NCBI GenBank assembly: GCA_951406725.2
Contig: OX597819.1
Coordinates: 82,646,001-82,710,000, forward strand
Direction of reading: 5' to 3'
Length of the DNA stretch: 64,000 nucleotides
Origin: Octopus vulgaris
Taxonomy: Eukaryota
Under the pieces are notes generated by a model that ran no database searches, was not told the origin of the DNA, and worked only from the letters and a program-made list of their open reading frames with translations. Positions 52,300-64,000 of the stretch are shown here, in pieces; the first letter of the stretch is position 1; each line of letters opens with the position of its first letter. The translations under genes were made by a program, and so were the position numbers.

Positions 52300-52960
52300 T
52301 TGTCCCCAGTAATGTTGGCAAGATGCATGTACAGAAAGGACACTACAAGAGTTTACTGAATGAAGTGAATGTTGGGGAGAGAAAAAGTTACCCTGAGTAA
52401 GCCATTGGAGATGACATCCTTATGGTTGAAAGCATCATCTATGATATTAAGGCAGGCAATGTAACCAGATTATCAAGGATGGTCTCTGCAAAGTAGGAAA
52501 AATGCAAGATACGTGCATCATCAATCAGGCAGAACAATGAAGTATCACATCCAGTAACTGGTGTAACAGTATCACCACCTACTACAGTAAGAAGAATTGA
52601 GATACTTTAGAAAGAGGTATTATCTACAAGTGTATGAAACTGATGGACCAGTTTATGAAAATCAACAGGAAGAGTTATAGCATAACTAATAAGGAAGAGA
52701 GCTAATTTGGGAAAATTCACTTTGGGTTTGTGTCAGACAGGGTACCACTAATACTCTCTTCATTGCAAGAAAATGACAGAAGGTTTTAGCTAAGACTAAG
52801 TCACTTTACCTAGAATTTGTCGACCTAGGAAGGACTATTTGACTAAGTACAACAATCTTCAGTCTGGTGGTCACTAAGAAAACTAGCTGTAAATTAATGG
52901 CTTGAAAGAGCCATGCAAGTCATACACAAAGGTGTCATCAGCAATAAAATCATATATAAA
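52300..52960 (+). mobile_element. RTE-clade LINE reverse-transcriptase remnant
   Basis: 52715-52935 reads, across frameshifts, HFGFV...GTTNTLFIARK...LAKTKSLYLEFVDL...VWWSLRKLAVN*WLERAMQVIH, matching RTE QFGF..GTTDAIF..LYLAFVDLEKAFD..WWALRK. Confidence 0.75.
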
Positions 52961-53804
52961 AGCAGAGATGAAGTTTAGTTTGCAAGAGTAGTTTGACTAT
53001 AGGGAAATATTTAATGTTTTTTTGGACGTTATGGTACTAAATAATTGTTCAGGTACATGGCTTATGAGTCTGCTGACTTTCCATATAGTGAAATATTTTA
53101 GAATTTGTTCATAATATCTTTCTATCAAGTTTATGACTATGTTCATTATAGATACTTGAAAGAATGGTTCCAGTTTGAAGTTTATTCATGAACTCATCTA
53201 TTTGATACAACTGCAAAGTTCATTAATTTCTTTTATATGGATATGTAAACCTATAACATACACAGATAATTTGAAGATTAGCACTTATTTTCATGGCATG
53301 TGATTAATGAGAATTTAACCTAAGGGTTTCATTTCACATTCTACCTTATGTTTTGTTTTTTTAATAACATTTAAATCTAATTTATATACTGCATCTATCT
53401 GGTTTCAGTAGTAACATAACCATCACTTTATTAGTTATTTTAGATCTGTTCTGCAATAACCAGATTCTTTGGTTATATTTAATAATAATTGTAAATACGT
53501 AATCATTGTGAATATATCCATACTGATACTATTTTCTCTCTAGAATAGACATTTTTCCCCGTTTCCTCTGTAACACAAAGCTATTTATTAATGGAAAATC
53601 TAGAGACATATTGGTTAATAAGCTTTGTTACTACTTTCTGGTTTGTGTTAATGAAGAGCAATTTGCTATATGTCTAAGCATACAAAACACTTTTAATAAA
53701 TTCTAAAGCTAATGCATTTTTTTCCATGTGTCTGTGTTCCTTCCACCCCTCTGGATCAAGGTACTTAATGGAAGAGAAGGAGAAGGGTGTGTGTGTGTGT
53801 TTGT

Positions 53805-53843
<39 letters not shown>

Positions 53844-55263
53844 TTGAAGAGGTGACACTCTGCCAACCAGTACCATTTTATCTTGCAGTCAGATTATGAT
53901 TCTGCAGCAATAGCATATGAGCAGGCAAATTTCAGCTTAATGCATCCACTAACTCTCACTGAAGTAGAATTTCCACACACATCAAATTTCTAAAATGCAT
54001 TCGCATTTTACTAAAACGATTAGTGTCTACAATTAATGGGTGAATTAACATAAAACCAGTTTTCTGTTCATTAGTTTATAGGGTCATAAACATTATTGTG
54101 AATGTATGGGAAAAAGAAGCAAGCCATAGAAACATTTTAACTTTAATGAATTAAGTGAAAATATCTATTAACATATAATTAAGGAAAATTCAGTCTAATT
54201 TTTATGGCTGAAAGTTTATGGCTTCACATAATACTCATACTTTCACATATATTTAATAAAGTAAAATTTTAATATAATATCTCTGTGATAATTGAGAAAT
54301 GTTATGGTAGAAATTTTTATATTTCAACTACAATCAAGATTAGTTAATTAAACAAGCACATATGCACAATTGCATGTGTTTGCATGTGTATATGTGGTTA
54401 TAAGTGTTTCTTTGTACAATTTAATTTCTTTATTAGCAGTTCAATTTCAGAAGGAACAGGTTATATGCATCACTGTTTCAGGAATTGTTGCTCCTAAATT
54501 CACCATTAATCACCATATCATTTGTTAATTGCAAGTCGTTATGTAAATGAAGCTAGAAATATAATAATTAAACATGCTACTCACTTTTACCATTGTTGGA
54601 TGATCAACGAAAATACTACATATGCAACAATTGTTATTTGTTAAAGTTGATAATTAGCAGCATATAAAGCAAAATTGTTTAGTCATTTATAATCTTTATG
54701 GCATGGTGAAAGGAATAGGGTGGTGCTGATGCTTCTTTTCAGGACCTCAGAGACTAATGAGAGGAAATTATCTCAGATTGTAACCTTGCCCACAAGAGAG
54801 TATTCTGTGATTCCAAGTTAACTTTTACAATGGAATAGAAAATGTTTAAACTTAATTCTTTAAATTATATTGGTAACAGATCTTTTACATATCAAATAAC
54901 TAGTTTGTCATGCCTTTTGGACTTGAGTAAAAGTATTCAAAGATGAATAAAAGAAATGGAGAACATCATTATCATAATCATCTTCCTCATCATCACTGTA
55001 ATCAAGAATAGAAAAATATTTTCATATATCTATATATGTTTCATATATTTATTTCATGTGTGTGTGTGTGGATGTGTCTGTGTGTATTAGAATAATAAAC
55101 TTTATTGGTTATAAGATAAATCTTACCCACCATTATACCTAAAACCATATCTATTATAAAGTTCTTCTGTATATGAACACAGACTGTATGTGTACATACA
55201 CACACACACATTCATATGATATATACATACCTATTTATACATAAACTTATGTATATATGTATT

Positions 55264-55298
<35 letters not shown>

Positions 55299-55469
55299 TT
55301 GTATGTATATATGATAATGAAGGCAACTTGTGGATGGAAATTTTCAGACTTTATTAATGTATCTCGACATATGTTTCTGCACACACAGAAACGTATGTCA
55401 CAATATATTAATACAGTCTGAAAATTTCCATTCAGAAATCATCTTCCTTATTATTATTACTATAATAAT

Positions 55470-55543
<74 letters not shown>

Positions 55544-55668
55544 ATGTATGTATGTATATGCATACATATATATGGGCATCCAGTTATATGAATCTGCTTC
55601 AGTAAATTCTGTCTATTCCATGCAAGCACTGAAAAGTGGACATTATAAGGATAATGATGATTTTTATA

Positions 55669-55890
55669 TGGCCGTTGCCAGCCTTGTCTGGCACCTGTGC
55701 CGATGGCACATAAAAGGCACCCACTACACTCATAGAGTGGTTGGCGTTAGGAAGAGCATCCAGCTGTAGAAACACTGCCAGATCAGACTTGGCCTGGTGC
55801 AGCCTCCTGGCTTCCCAGACCTCAGTTGAACCATCCAACCCATGCTAGCATGGAAAGCGGACATTAAACGATGATAATGATGATGATGAT
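55669..55890 (+). mobile_element. RTE-type 3' tail / short retroelement
   Basis: GGTTGGCGTTAGGAAGAGCATCCAGCTGTAGAAAC...CCATGCTAGCATGG..ATTAAAC(GAT)n. Confidence 0.85.
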
Positions 55891-55907
55891 ATATATATGT
55901 GTATAGG

Positions 55908-56113
55908 TTTCAAATTTTGGCATAATCCCAGCAAGTTCTGGGTTGAGGTGGGTAAGTCGATTACATTGAGCCCAGTGATCAATTGGAACTTATTTTATTG
56001 ACCCTGAAAGGATGAAAGGCAAAATCAACAATGGCAGAGTTTAAACTCAGAACATAAAGATAGATGAAATGTTGCTTAGTATATTGCCTAGCACAGTAAT
56101 GATTCTGCCAGCT
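55908..56113 (-). mobile_element. SINE family B
   Basis: TTTCAAATTTTGGCACA..GACCCTGAAAGGATGAAAGGCAAAATCAAC..TTTAAACTCAGAAC..GATTCTGCCAGC. Confidence 0.88.
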
Positions 56114-56278
56114 TGTATATATATATATATATATACATACATGCATGCATATATCATGATGTTCATAATTTACATTCATTTTCCATGCCATAGAGGATGA
56201 TGATATATGTGTGTGTACATGTATATGTGTCTGTGCCTGTGTGAGTGAGTGTGTGTGTGTATGTGTGTGTTTATACAG

Positions 56279-56310
<32 letters not shown>

Positions 56311-56689
56311 GTGTGTGTGTGTGAAAGTTATACACATGCAGACATATGTACACAAACATATTTCATGAAACTAATTTAGAATACAACCATCAAATATTCT
56401 GAAATGATTATCTTTGATGTGATTATTCTGTCTCACACGCTTGTCAATTGCTGAAGCCTTGTCACTTCCTACAAGCAGGCAGGCACAAACTTGGGTGACA
56501 TATTGCAATATTGATTTCCACTTGCAGTAATTTGTAATTGTATTGGTACCTTGCATAGCATATTTCTTGTATTTCGCTAATTTCATGCAGGTTTTCCATT
56601 AGCCTGGTTAGAAAGTAATATAAAGTATTTGAAGTGAAAAACTGATAGAAAACCTTTGACTAACTATTTAAATGAAAGCTTATTGATCC

Positions 56690-56845
56690 TTTATATTCTG
56701 ATTACAAACCTTGATGAAGTCAACTTTGCCTTCCCTCACCCTGGGGTTCCATAAAATTAAACTCCACTCAAATATTGGAGTTGATTTAATCAACTATACA
56801 TAACTGTCCCCCAAATTTGAGGCTGGTACCTTTGTAGGAAATCAA
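56690..56845 (+). mobile_element. SINE family B degraded copy
   Basis: GTCAACTTTGCCTTCCCTCACCCTGGGG..ATAAAATTAA..GTTGATTTAATCAAC..CCCCAAATTTG. Confidence 0.6.
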
Positions 56846-57849
56846 TAATGAATATAAAGTCACATTGTTCTTAACATGTCATATTATTGGTTTCATTTTG
56901 ATTAAATATATTACAATTTTGTGATGAATAGTAGCAGAGAGAGTCCCTTTCGTTTTTCATTCATAAAATCTCGGTAATTTACAAAGTTTTCATAGAATAT
57001 GCATGAAGGCACAATTGAATGTTTAATAAATTTGCTTTGCAAATATATGATTCTGAATTCAGTCCTACTGTGTGGCACTTTGGCCAGGTGTTCTACAATT
57101 GCCTCCGTTGCTAAAACTTGATACCGGGAAATTTTGCAGAAGACTGAGGTATAGACATGTATATACTTGTATAGACTTGTATATACCTATATATCATAGG
57201 TAAAAGATGTAAATATTGGCAAGAATTGAATAAAAATACTTGTGGTATTTGCTCTGCTCTAGTAACTTGGACATCACTTTGTCTCTTCGATTATTGTAAA
57301 GGCGATAAACTAGATATTAATGTAGTGAAAAACCTATAATTAATGATGCTATTGTTCACAAAATGTAACACAAAATAAACATTTAATTGTTAAGGCATAT
57401 TTATGTGTGGTAATCATATGAATGTTTTCATAAACAAAAACTAATTAGAATAATAATTTCTTATATTAGCACAAGACCACTAAATTTTTAGGAAATTTAG
57501 CACACAGTAGTTACCAAATGATATCTATTGCTGTTTGAGTAATCATATTTCAAACTATTTTATATGAAATAGAAAATAAACTTTTACTTCTTTTAATTTC
57601 TGTAAGCTTAAGCACAAAAATTTTAATTAGCATAATGCTGTTTTTGACAGCATTAATATAGTCTAAAAGTGACTGTCATTTAATTTAAGAACATTTTTTT
57701 TAAATATTCAAAATTGCTTGTAACTAAGATAGACTATTAATAATCAGTTCATTATATTGTCCTAATATTTGTTATAATAGGTAATGGGAAAAGCTTTTTA
57801 TTAAATTTGATTGAGAATTGTCCAACTGAACAAGCTAAAAAGCTTTCCA

Positions 57850-58720
57850 AGCCATAGTTGCTGAGCTTGAATGCTCAGTAACTGCTGCTCACTATACCAT
57901 GAACATTTTCAATAAAAGTGATGGCTGTTCTCACTGTTGTTAAGAAAAGCAACGATAAGAAAGCTATGAGATGGTCCAATACTTTTGCCATCCATTAATG
58001 AAGAACAGGGAAAGGACTACTTTTAACAATCTACAAGCAGAATTATCACGACCAGAAAAAAATTGGTTAAAGCATTTTGGGCTTGTGAGATCTGTTTCAT
58101 GTAAAAGAAAATAATGGCAATTCTCTGAAAATGAACATATGAACATTCTATTCACTCAAGAGCATCAGTACTGGATATTGTGAGGTTGGTGAAAATAGTA
58201 TATGGTTGGATGAATTCAAATTGAATGTGCTTAACTTCTGATGATTAGTTGTACATCCAATGTTGCACAGAATTTCACACATACTGCATCTGCATGAATC
58301 TGAAAGTTAAGCATAGCAGTGTTGATGTCATGGATTGGAACTATATAAGTATTGAAAATATGTCAGTCCCATACATCAGATCAAGAGTATCATGAACAGT
58401 ACATCCTATCTTAAGATCTTGGAAAACCCTATGCTTTCATACACTAAGAATCATTTGGTCTATTTATGGATTTTTCAGTTGAGAAATTCATAAATCTAAC
58501 TGCTGCTATAATCAGCACAACCATCAGATCTAAATCCAATAGAGAATTTACTGAAATGGGTTGACATAGATATTCGAAGGAAATCCAAGAATTAAGTGTA
58601 TTGAATGCTTATACAGCTAAAATATGAGAAAAAATTCCAAATAATAATCAAACTTAGATTCAATTCCTTGTAGATGTGATGAGTTTTGAGAGACTATGGT
58701 TTATTAACCAAGTGTTTACA
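57850..58720 (+). mobile_element. Highly decayed Tc1 transposase remnant
   Basis: Fragments DEFKLN (DESKFN), KVKHSSVDVMDW (TVKHGGGSVMVW), MNSTSYLKILENPML..WIFQ and AQPSDLNPIENL (SPDLNPIENLW) occur in the correct order. Confidence 0.75.
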
Positions 58721-59039
58721 CTCCTCTACCTTTATGCACAAATTTCATTTCGTAAAAAATAGTTATGTGCTTGAAAGGTTCTTAAATTAAGTGGTGTTCA
58801 TATTTGCAGCTGCATTAATGCAGTAAATAGTTGCATTATGCTAATTTTTTCCTTATTTAAACTTCTGTCATTTAAAAATGTAAAAAGATTTATATCTTTA
58901 TTCATATAGTCATAAATGTTTAAATTAATGGAAATAATTTACAAATAATCAATTTTATCATCAGTGTACTAGTGCCTTGAAATGATACCACAGTACACAT
59001 GCAAGTTATAATTATATATATATATATATATATACATAT

Positions 59040-61888
59040 TGTGGCACAGGAAATAGTGCAACAGTTGTCATGGCTACAGACAAAGCTGAGCTATGTACCC
59101 TCGGACACAAGACCACCACAATTGATGGACCCCGGTTGGCCACCACTGCCATCAAACCACCCAACACATCAACACCAATGCCATTTCTGCTGATAAATAT
59201 GAGAGGCCTGCTGCAGAACAACAGCAAATACAAAATTGAGCACCTGAAGAATGAAGCATTGCACTTACAGAAACATATCTATCTGCAGACATAAGTGAAG
59301 CAGAGATACACATACCAATGTATGCTATCTTCCCTACAGACAGAAGAAAAAGAAGTTATTGCAATGTACATCCGAGAAGATGTCACACCATTAACCTTGT
59401 TATCAAACTCGTTGTGTGACACACTCATAGTACATCTAAAGCAACTTGATGTTGTGATATGCACACTATATCACCCACCTGATGCCTCAAATCATGATGG
59501 AAAATTTGAGCAAAACCTCAGTGCAATAAAAGAAGTACTAACACATTTTAATCAACGTACTACTATATTCCTGATAAGTGACTTCCATTTCCCCAACAGC
59601 TGGTGGCCTGAGGGCAATGTAACCCCAGGAATGATGCACAAAGAGCGAAATCAAACAGAATCTTTACTTGATCTTACAAAAATGCTATTTATGGAGCAAA
59701 TCATACTCTCTCTAACCAGGCACAAACATATCTTGGACCTCTGTTTTACAAACAATGTGGAAATTATCCACAACGTAAATATATCACTGACAATATTCTC
59801 AGACCATAATATGATAGAACTGACAATGTATGGCCCAGAATTAACTAAAGATAAACTCTGCACAGATGACGCTCAAACCCTATCCAGGATAATTTCTATA
59901 AGGCTGACTGGAATTCATTTAAAAATAAGATACTCCAGCAGGACTAGCATAAAAACCTCTCTATGCAAGATATAGATATGAAACTCAATAAATTCATGTC
60001 AATAATGCGAGCCATATGCTTTTAAAATGACTCAGAGAAGGGAGCCAGTACACACAAAAACATCATTACTCAAGACAGGAAAATACTCATGTGGTGGAGA
60101 ATAAAGATCTTGAATCATTTAAACAAACACCTTAATGACAGTGTGAAACCCCACCTGACAGAGGAACTCTTCATGATAGAAAATAAACTCAAGATCTCAC
60201 ATGAAAAAGAAAGGGAAGAAAGAGAAACCTGGGCAGTCGAAAATATAAAAAGAAATCCTAAAGCCTTCAAAGAAGTCTGCCTCAGTATGCTATAAGATAG
60301 GGCTAGTATTTGGTAAAAACAGGTCACTAACTGCAGACCCAGAGAAGATAAGTGAAGCACTAAATAAACAATTCTAGAGTGTTTTCACTTCTCCACTGGA
60401 AAATATGCAAATAAACAAGCCAAAGGAGTTTTTCAATGTAATGAATCTATTCGGAAAAGAGGCAACCATCGATTACATCAACATAACAGAAGAGTATGTA
60501 ATATCGGCCATTGATGAGATGAGATCAAACTCAGCAACAGGCCCAGATGGACTCCCAGTTGTTCCCTTAAAGACATGTAAAAAGCCACTGAAAATACGCT
60601 TTCAGAGTTTCCTTGCATGTGTGGTAAACTTTCCAACATAATAAAAGAGGCTATAATATGCCGTGTCTGTAAAGGAGGGAGCAGAGCAGATGCTAAAAAC
60701 TACAGGCCCATCTCTTTGACCTCACATGTTAACAAGACAATGGGACGCATTGTCAGAAAAAGGCTGATCATGTTCCTAGAAGAAAACAACCTTCTCACAA
60801 ACATGCAATGTGGCTTCCGTCCAGTGAAAAACTGCCTCACACATATACTGCAGCACTTTGACTGGGTACTGAAGCAACAGCTAAACCAGTCAGCTGTAGA
60901 TGTGATATACCTCAACTTTGCCAAGTCTTTCGGCAAGGTTGATCACGGCATGATATGTCACAAGCTGCAAAACCTTGGTATTACCAAAAAACTGCGAGAG
61001 TGGCTGCATGATTTTCTGAAGGGCAGGAGTCAGACAGTTGTAGCCAATATTGCTCACTGAAGAGACACCAATTCTCAGTGGAGTTCCACAGGGAACTGTA
61101 CTGGGGCCACTACTATTTGTGATGGCCCTCTCAGACATGCCCTCCATGGTACAGTTAGCCAATCTGATCAGTTATGCTGATGACACAAGTATCGTAGGCA
61201 GTTAGGAACCCAGAGGATATTAAACTGCAGAAAGACCTGAACAAAATCTATAAGTGAGCTAACAAAAATAACATGCAGTTCAATGTTATGAAATTTCAGG
61301 CACTCCACTATTGGTGCAACACCAGACTAATGTCAGAATACACTGGACCAGAAGGTAATATGATGCTAGAGTCGGTGCATGACCTGGGGGTTCACATGAG
61401 CAATGATGCAACATTCCATGTGCATATTACCGAGATGGCAACATTATGCAGGCGAGTGGCTGGATGGATTCTGAGGACACTCAGAACCAGGAGAAGGGAA
61501 ACCCAGCTACCCACTATGGAAAACTTTCATTCTCAGCCACTTGGACTACTTTTCCCAAATATGGTTCCCAGAGAGTGTGAAACTAACTGTGGAACTCAAA
61601 GCAATCCAGTGCCAATACGCAAAGAAGAATGACTCCATGCAAAGGTTGGGTTACTGTGAGAGGCTAAAGGAGCTGAGTCTTGATTCCCTGGGGAGAAGAT
61701 GCGAGAGATATGTGGTGATATATATTTGGAAGACCTTGGAGGGTTTAGTTCCCAATTTTGGAACTGACAGCTATAGCAATCGTCAAACTGGACAGCACTG
61801 CATCATACTAAAGATCCTGTCTTTCCCATCTAAAATAAGGACACAGTACTGCAATAGTCTGAGTTTCAAAGGCCCGCAATTGTTCAAC
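59040..61888 (+). mobile_element. CR1-group LINE ORF2 pseudogene (APE endonuclease + reverse transcriptase)
   Basis: Endonuclease motifs INMRGL, YHPPD, SDFHFP, LDLCFTN and SDHNMI. RT motifs ATGPDG, NYRPISLTS, QCGFR, YLNFAKSFGKVDH, SGVPQGTVLGPLLF (~61075-61120) and YADDT (61173-87). C-terminal Y.ERLKEL.L.SL.RR.ERY..IYIWK. Multiple stops and frameshifts. Confidence 0.93.
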
Positions 61889-61939
<51 letters not shown>

Positions 61940-62051
61940 TACATATGTATATATATGCACATATATACACACACACATATATATGTATATATATATATAT
62001 GCACATATATGTATATATATATATATATACATATATATACACATATATGTG

Positions 62052-62083
<32 letters not shown>

Positions 62084-62274
62084 TTGTATGTATATATATA
62101 TATGTATGTATATATATATATGTATGTATATATACACATATATGTATGTATATATACACATATATGTATATATATATGTATGTATATATATATATATGTA
62201 TGTATATATACACATATATGTATATATATATATATGTATATATACACATATATGTATATATATATATATGTATA

Positions 62275-62305
<31 letters not shown>

Positions 62306-62408
62306 TGTATATATATACATATATATATGTATATATATACATATATATATGTATATATATGTATATGTATATATATACATGTACATATATATATATATAT
62401 ATGTATAT

Positions 62409-62440
<32 letters not shown>

Positions 62441-62490
62441 GTGTGTGTGTGTGTATATGCATATATATATAAATATATATATATATATAT
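61889..62490. repeat. ~600-bp compound alternating purine/pyrimidine microsatellite (TA/CA/TG)
   Basis: Read directly from the sequence. It yields stop-free Y/I/M/C/V/H/T ORFs in all six frames. Confidence 0.97.
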
Positions 62491-62602
62491 GCTACAGACA
62501 ATGCTACTGATGTTTATAGCCCCAGGAAGATGTCCCCTCCAGAATGTGTGTCATTAGCCAGCTGGAGATGTCTCAGAGATTTATTATAACCTTATATAAA
62601 GG

Positions 62603-62608
<6 letters not shown>

Positions 62609-62673
<65 letters not shown>
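62609..62673. repeat. (TG)n microsatellite
   Basis: About 32 perfect TG units. Confidence 0.97.
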
Positions 62674-62676
<3 letters not shown>

Positions 62677-63644
62677 TGTAGACACATACATGTGCTTATT
62701 TACATATTTATGTGTGTGTTTATGTATGTATGTATAGATGCAGGTATGTATATAGTTGTTCTTTCTCAGCTCCTCCTCTCATTCTATATATGTTTCTCTC
62801 ACTCTCCCTCTCTTTCTGTTTCCTTGTATCTCAGGAACTTCCTCTGAAAATCATTTGAACAATAATTCAGACATATTTAGTTCTGATGATTCATGAATGT
62901 GATATATTATTCACCATTTCTCAAGCAAACTACAGCAAACAAGTGTACTGTGTTTAAAGAAAGTGAATGATTATTTCTGTTACTCTGTTGTTATTATTAC
63001 TCTATCATTACTAAGGGCCTCTTTTGATTGCTAGAAATTATATCGATGATCTTACTATTGGGTTGTGAAAACATGATAGTTCATATGAAAACTCTTTCTC
63101 TCTCTCTCACACACACACTCTCTTTCACTCTCTGTCTCTTTTTCATGCTTTCTTTTATTCTTTCTCTCTCTCTTTCATTCTCTTTTGCTCTTTCTCTCTC
63201 TCTCTCTAACCTAAAAATCTTTTTTAAACGTATAGTCTGCAATGTTCACCTAATATCACTTGAACTTAGTATCTCCCAGTAAGACTTTAGGGAGCATAGA
63301 ATGTTAATGATGATAGTTACATGAGTTTATAATATTCAGTATAGGAATGACATCAACTCCACTAATTGCAGAGAATCCAACTCATCTAGGAATACAGAAA
63401 TTCAAAATAATAAACTGGTTGGAGGAGATGAGGACTCTACAAGCTACAGTGAAGGTAACCATACAAGAAGAGAAGGAGCAGTTGCAACCCTAAATAAAAA
63501 GTGGTATACAAATATGCTTGACATATGATGTTGCTTGGTAGTAAAACTATTGGCAGCAAATGTAGACAATGTGTGAAAGATAAAAAGAAATAAGGAGTGT
63601 GTAATCAGATGTTTAACATCAGTATACATAAGTAACAGAGCACA

Positions 63645-63830
63645 AATGGGCAAGCAGAAAAACTGAGTATGAGAAGAATGAAAGGAAGTGTTTAAGGGAG
63701 AAGTTTGGACTGGACTGGACTGGTATGAACATGTGTTGCATATGGAGGATGAAACATGGATAAAGAAGCACTAAATAATCTGCAAAAGAGAAAAACATGG
63801 ATGAGATGGTGACATATTATCTTGGAGGTT
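63645..63830 (+). mobile_element. RTE LINE C-terminal remnant
   Basis: LDWYEHVLHMEDETWIKKH..KTW matches RTE LRWYGHV.RM....KTW. Confidence 0.6.
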
Positions 63831-64000
63831 TGAACCTAAAAACGACGACAAGCAAAATTTTAAAAAACAATACCTCACAAGAGGAGCTCGCTCTAATATG
63901 AGTTATGGAATTTGCAGATGTGGAAGAGGTGAAGAAAAAGATGGAGGTGTTTAAAAGGCATCACTTCACAAGAGTTCCAGCACTGCTTCAAATAGTGAAA

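Noticed and set aside
54357-54397. Hairpin CACATATGCACA...TGTGTATATGTG as a pre-miRNA
   Set aside because: The stem is only ~12 bp and made of low-complexity CA/TG sequence.
57856-57883. 11-bp hairpin AGTTGCTGAGC/GCTCAGTAACT
   Set aside because: It lies in the decayed Tc1 region, and a single short stem is expected by chance. Bacterial terminator logic does not apply here.
61783-62557. Long ORFs (175-338 aa) in all six frames
   Set aside because: These are translations of a stop-free TA/CA/TG microsatellite. Only the first ~115 aa of 61541..62557 are real (LINE-derived).
1-64000. CRISPR arrays, operons, rRNA/tRNA genes or prokaryotic defence systems
   Set aside because: No regularly spaced repeat-spacer structure or gene-dense segment was seen. 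The sequence is animal intronic/intergenic DNA.

Overview
This is AT-rich, microsatellite-dense eukaryotic (animal) genomic DNA, not prokaryotic. The tRNA-derived SINE families, RTE tails and (TA)n/(TG)n density resemble an octopus or other coleoid cephalopod genome; that assignment is from pattern recall and is not verified. Only one host coding exon is supported: 5481-5859 (+), a first coding exon with a long hydrophobic leader and one complete 10-Cys follistatin/Kazal domain, most similar to invertebrate agrin, ending at a phase-1 GTAAGT donor. No next exon was recognised, so the remaining ~58 kb is probably one giant intron. It holds decayed transposons: several mariner, Tc1 and DD37D elements, a palindromic MITE, a CR1-group LINE, RTE remnants, a Penelope GIY-YIG remnant that the ORF track misses, and three SINE-like families. 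A non-autonomous Helitron lies upstream of the exon. The most notable observations are (i) a type I hammerhead-ribozyme-like motif with an ~89-nt stem II next to the Penelope remnant, in the sense of the host pre-mRNA, (ii) a short-N-terminus, NtA-less agrin-like first exon, and (iii) a near-intact mariner whose two nonsense codons both sit at conserved Trp codons. Most ORFs in the supplied track are microsatellite artefacts. I see no clear evidence for a wholly new biological system.
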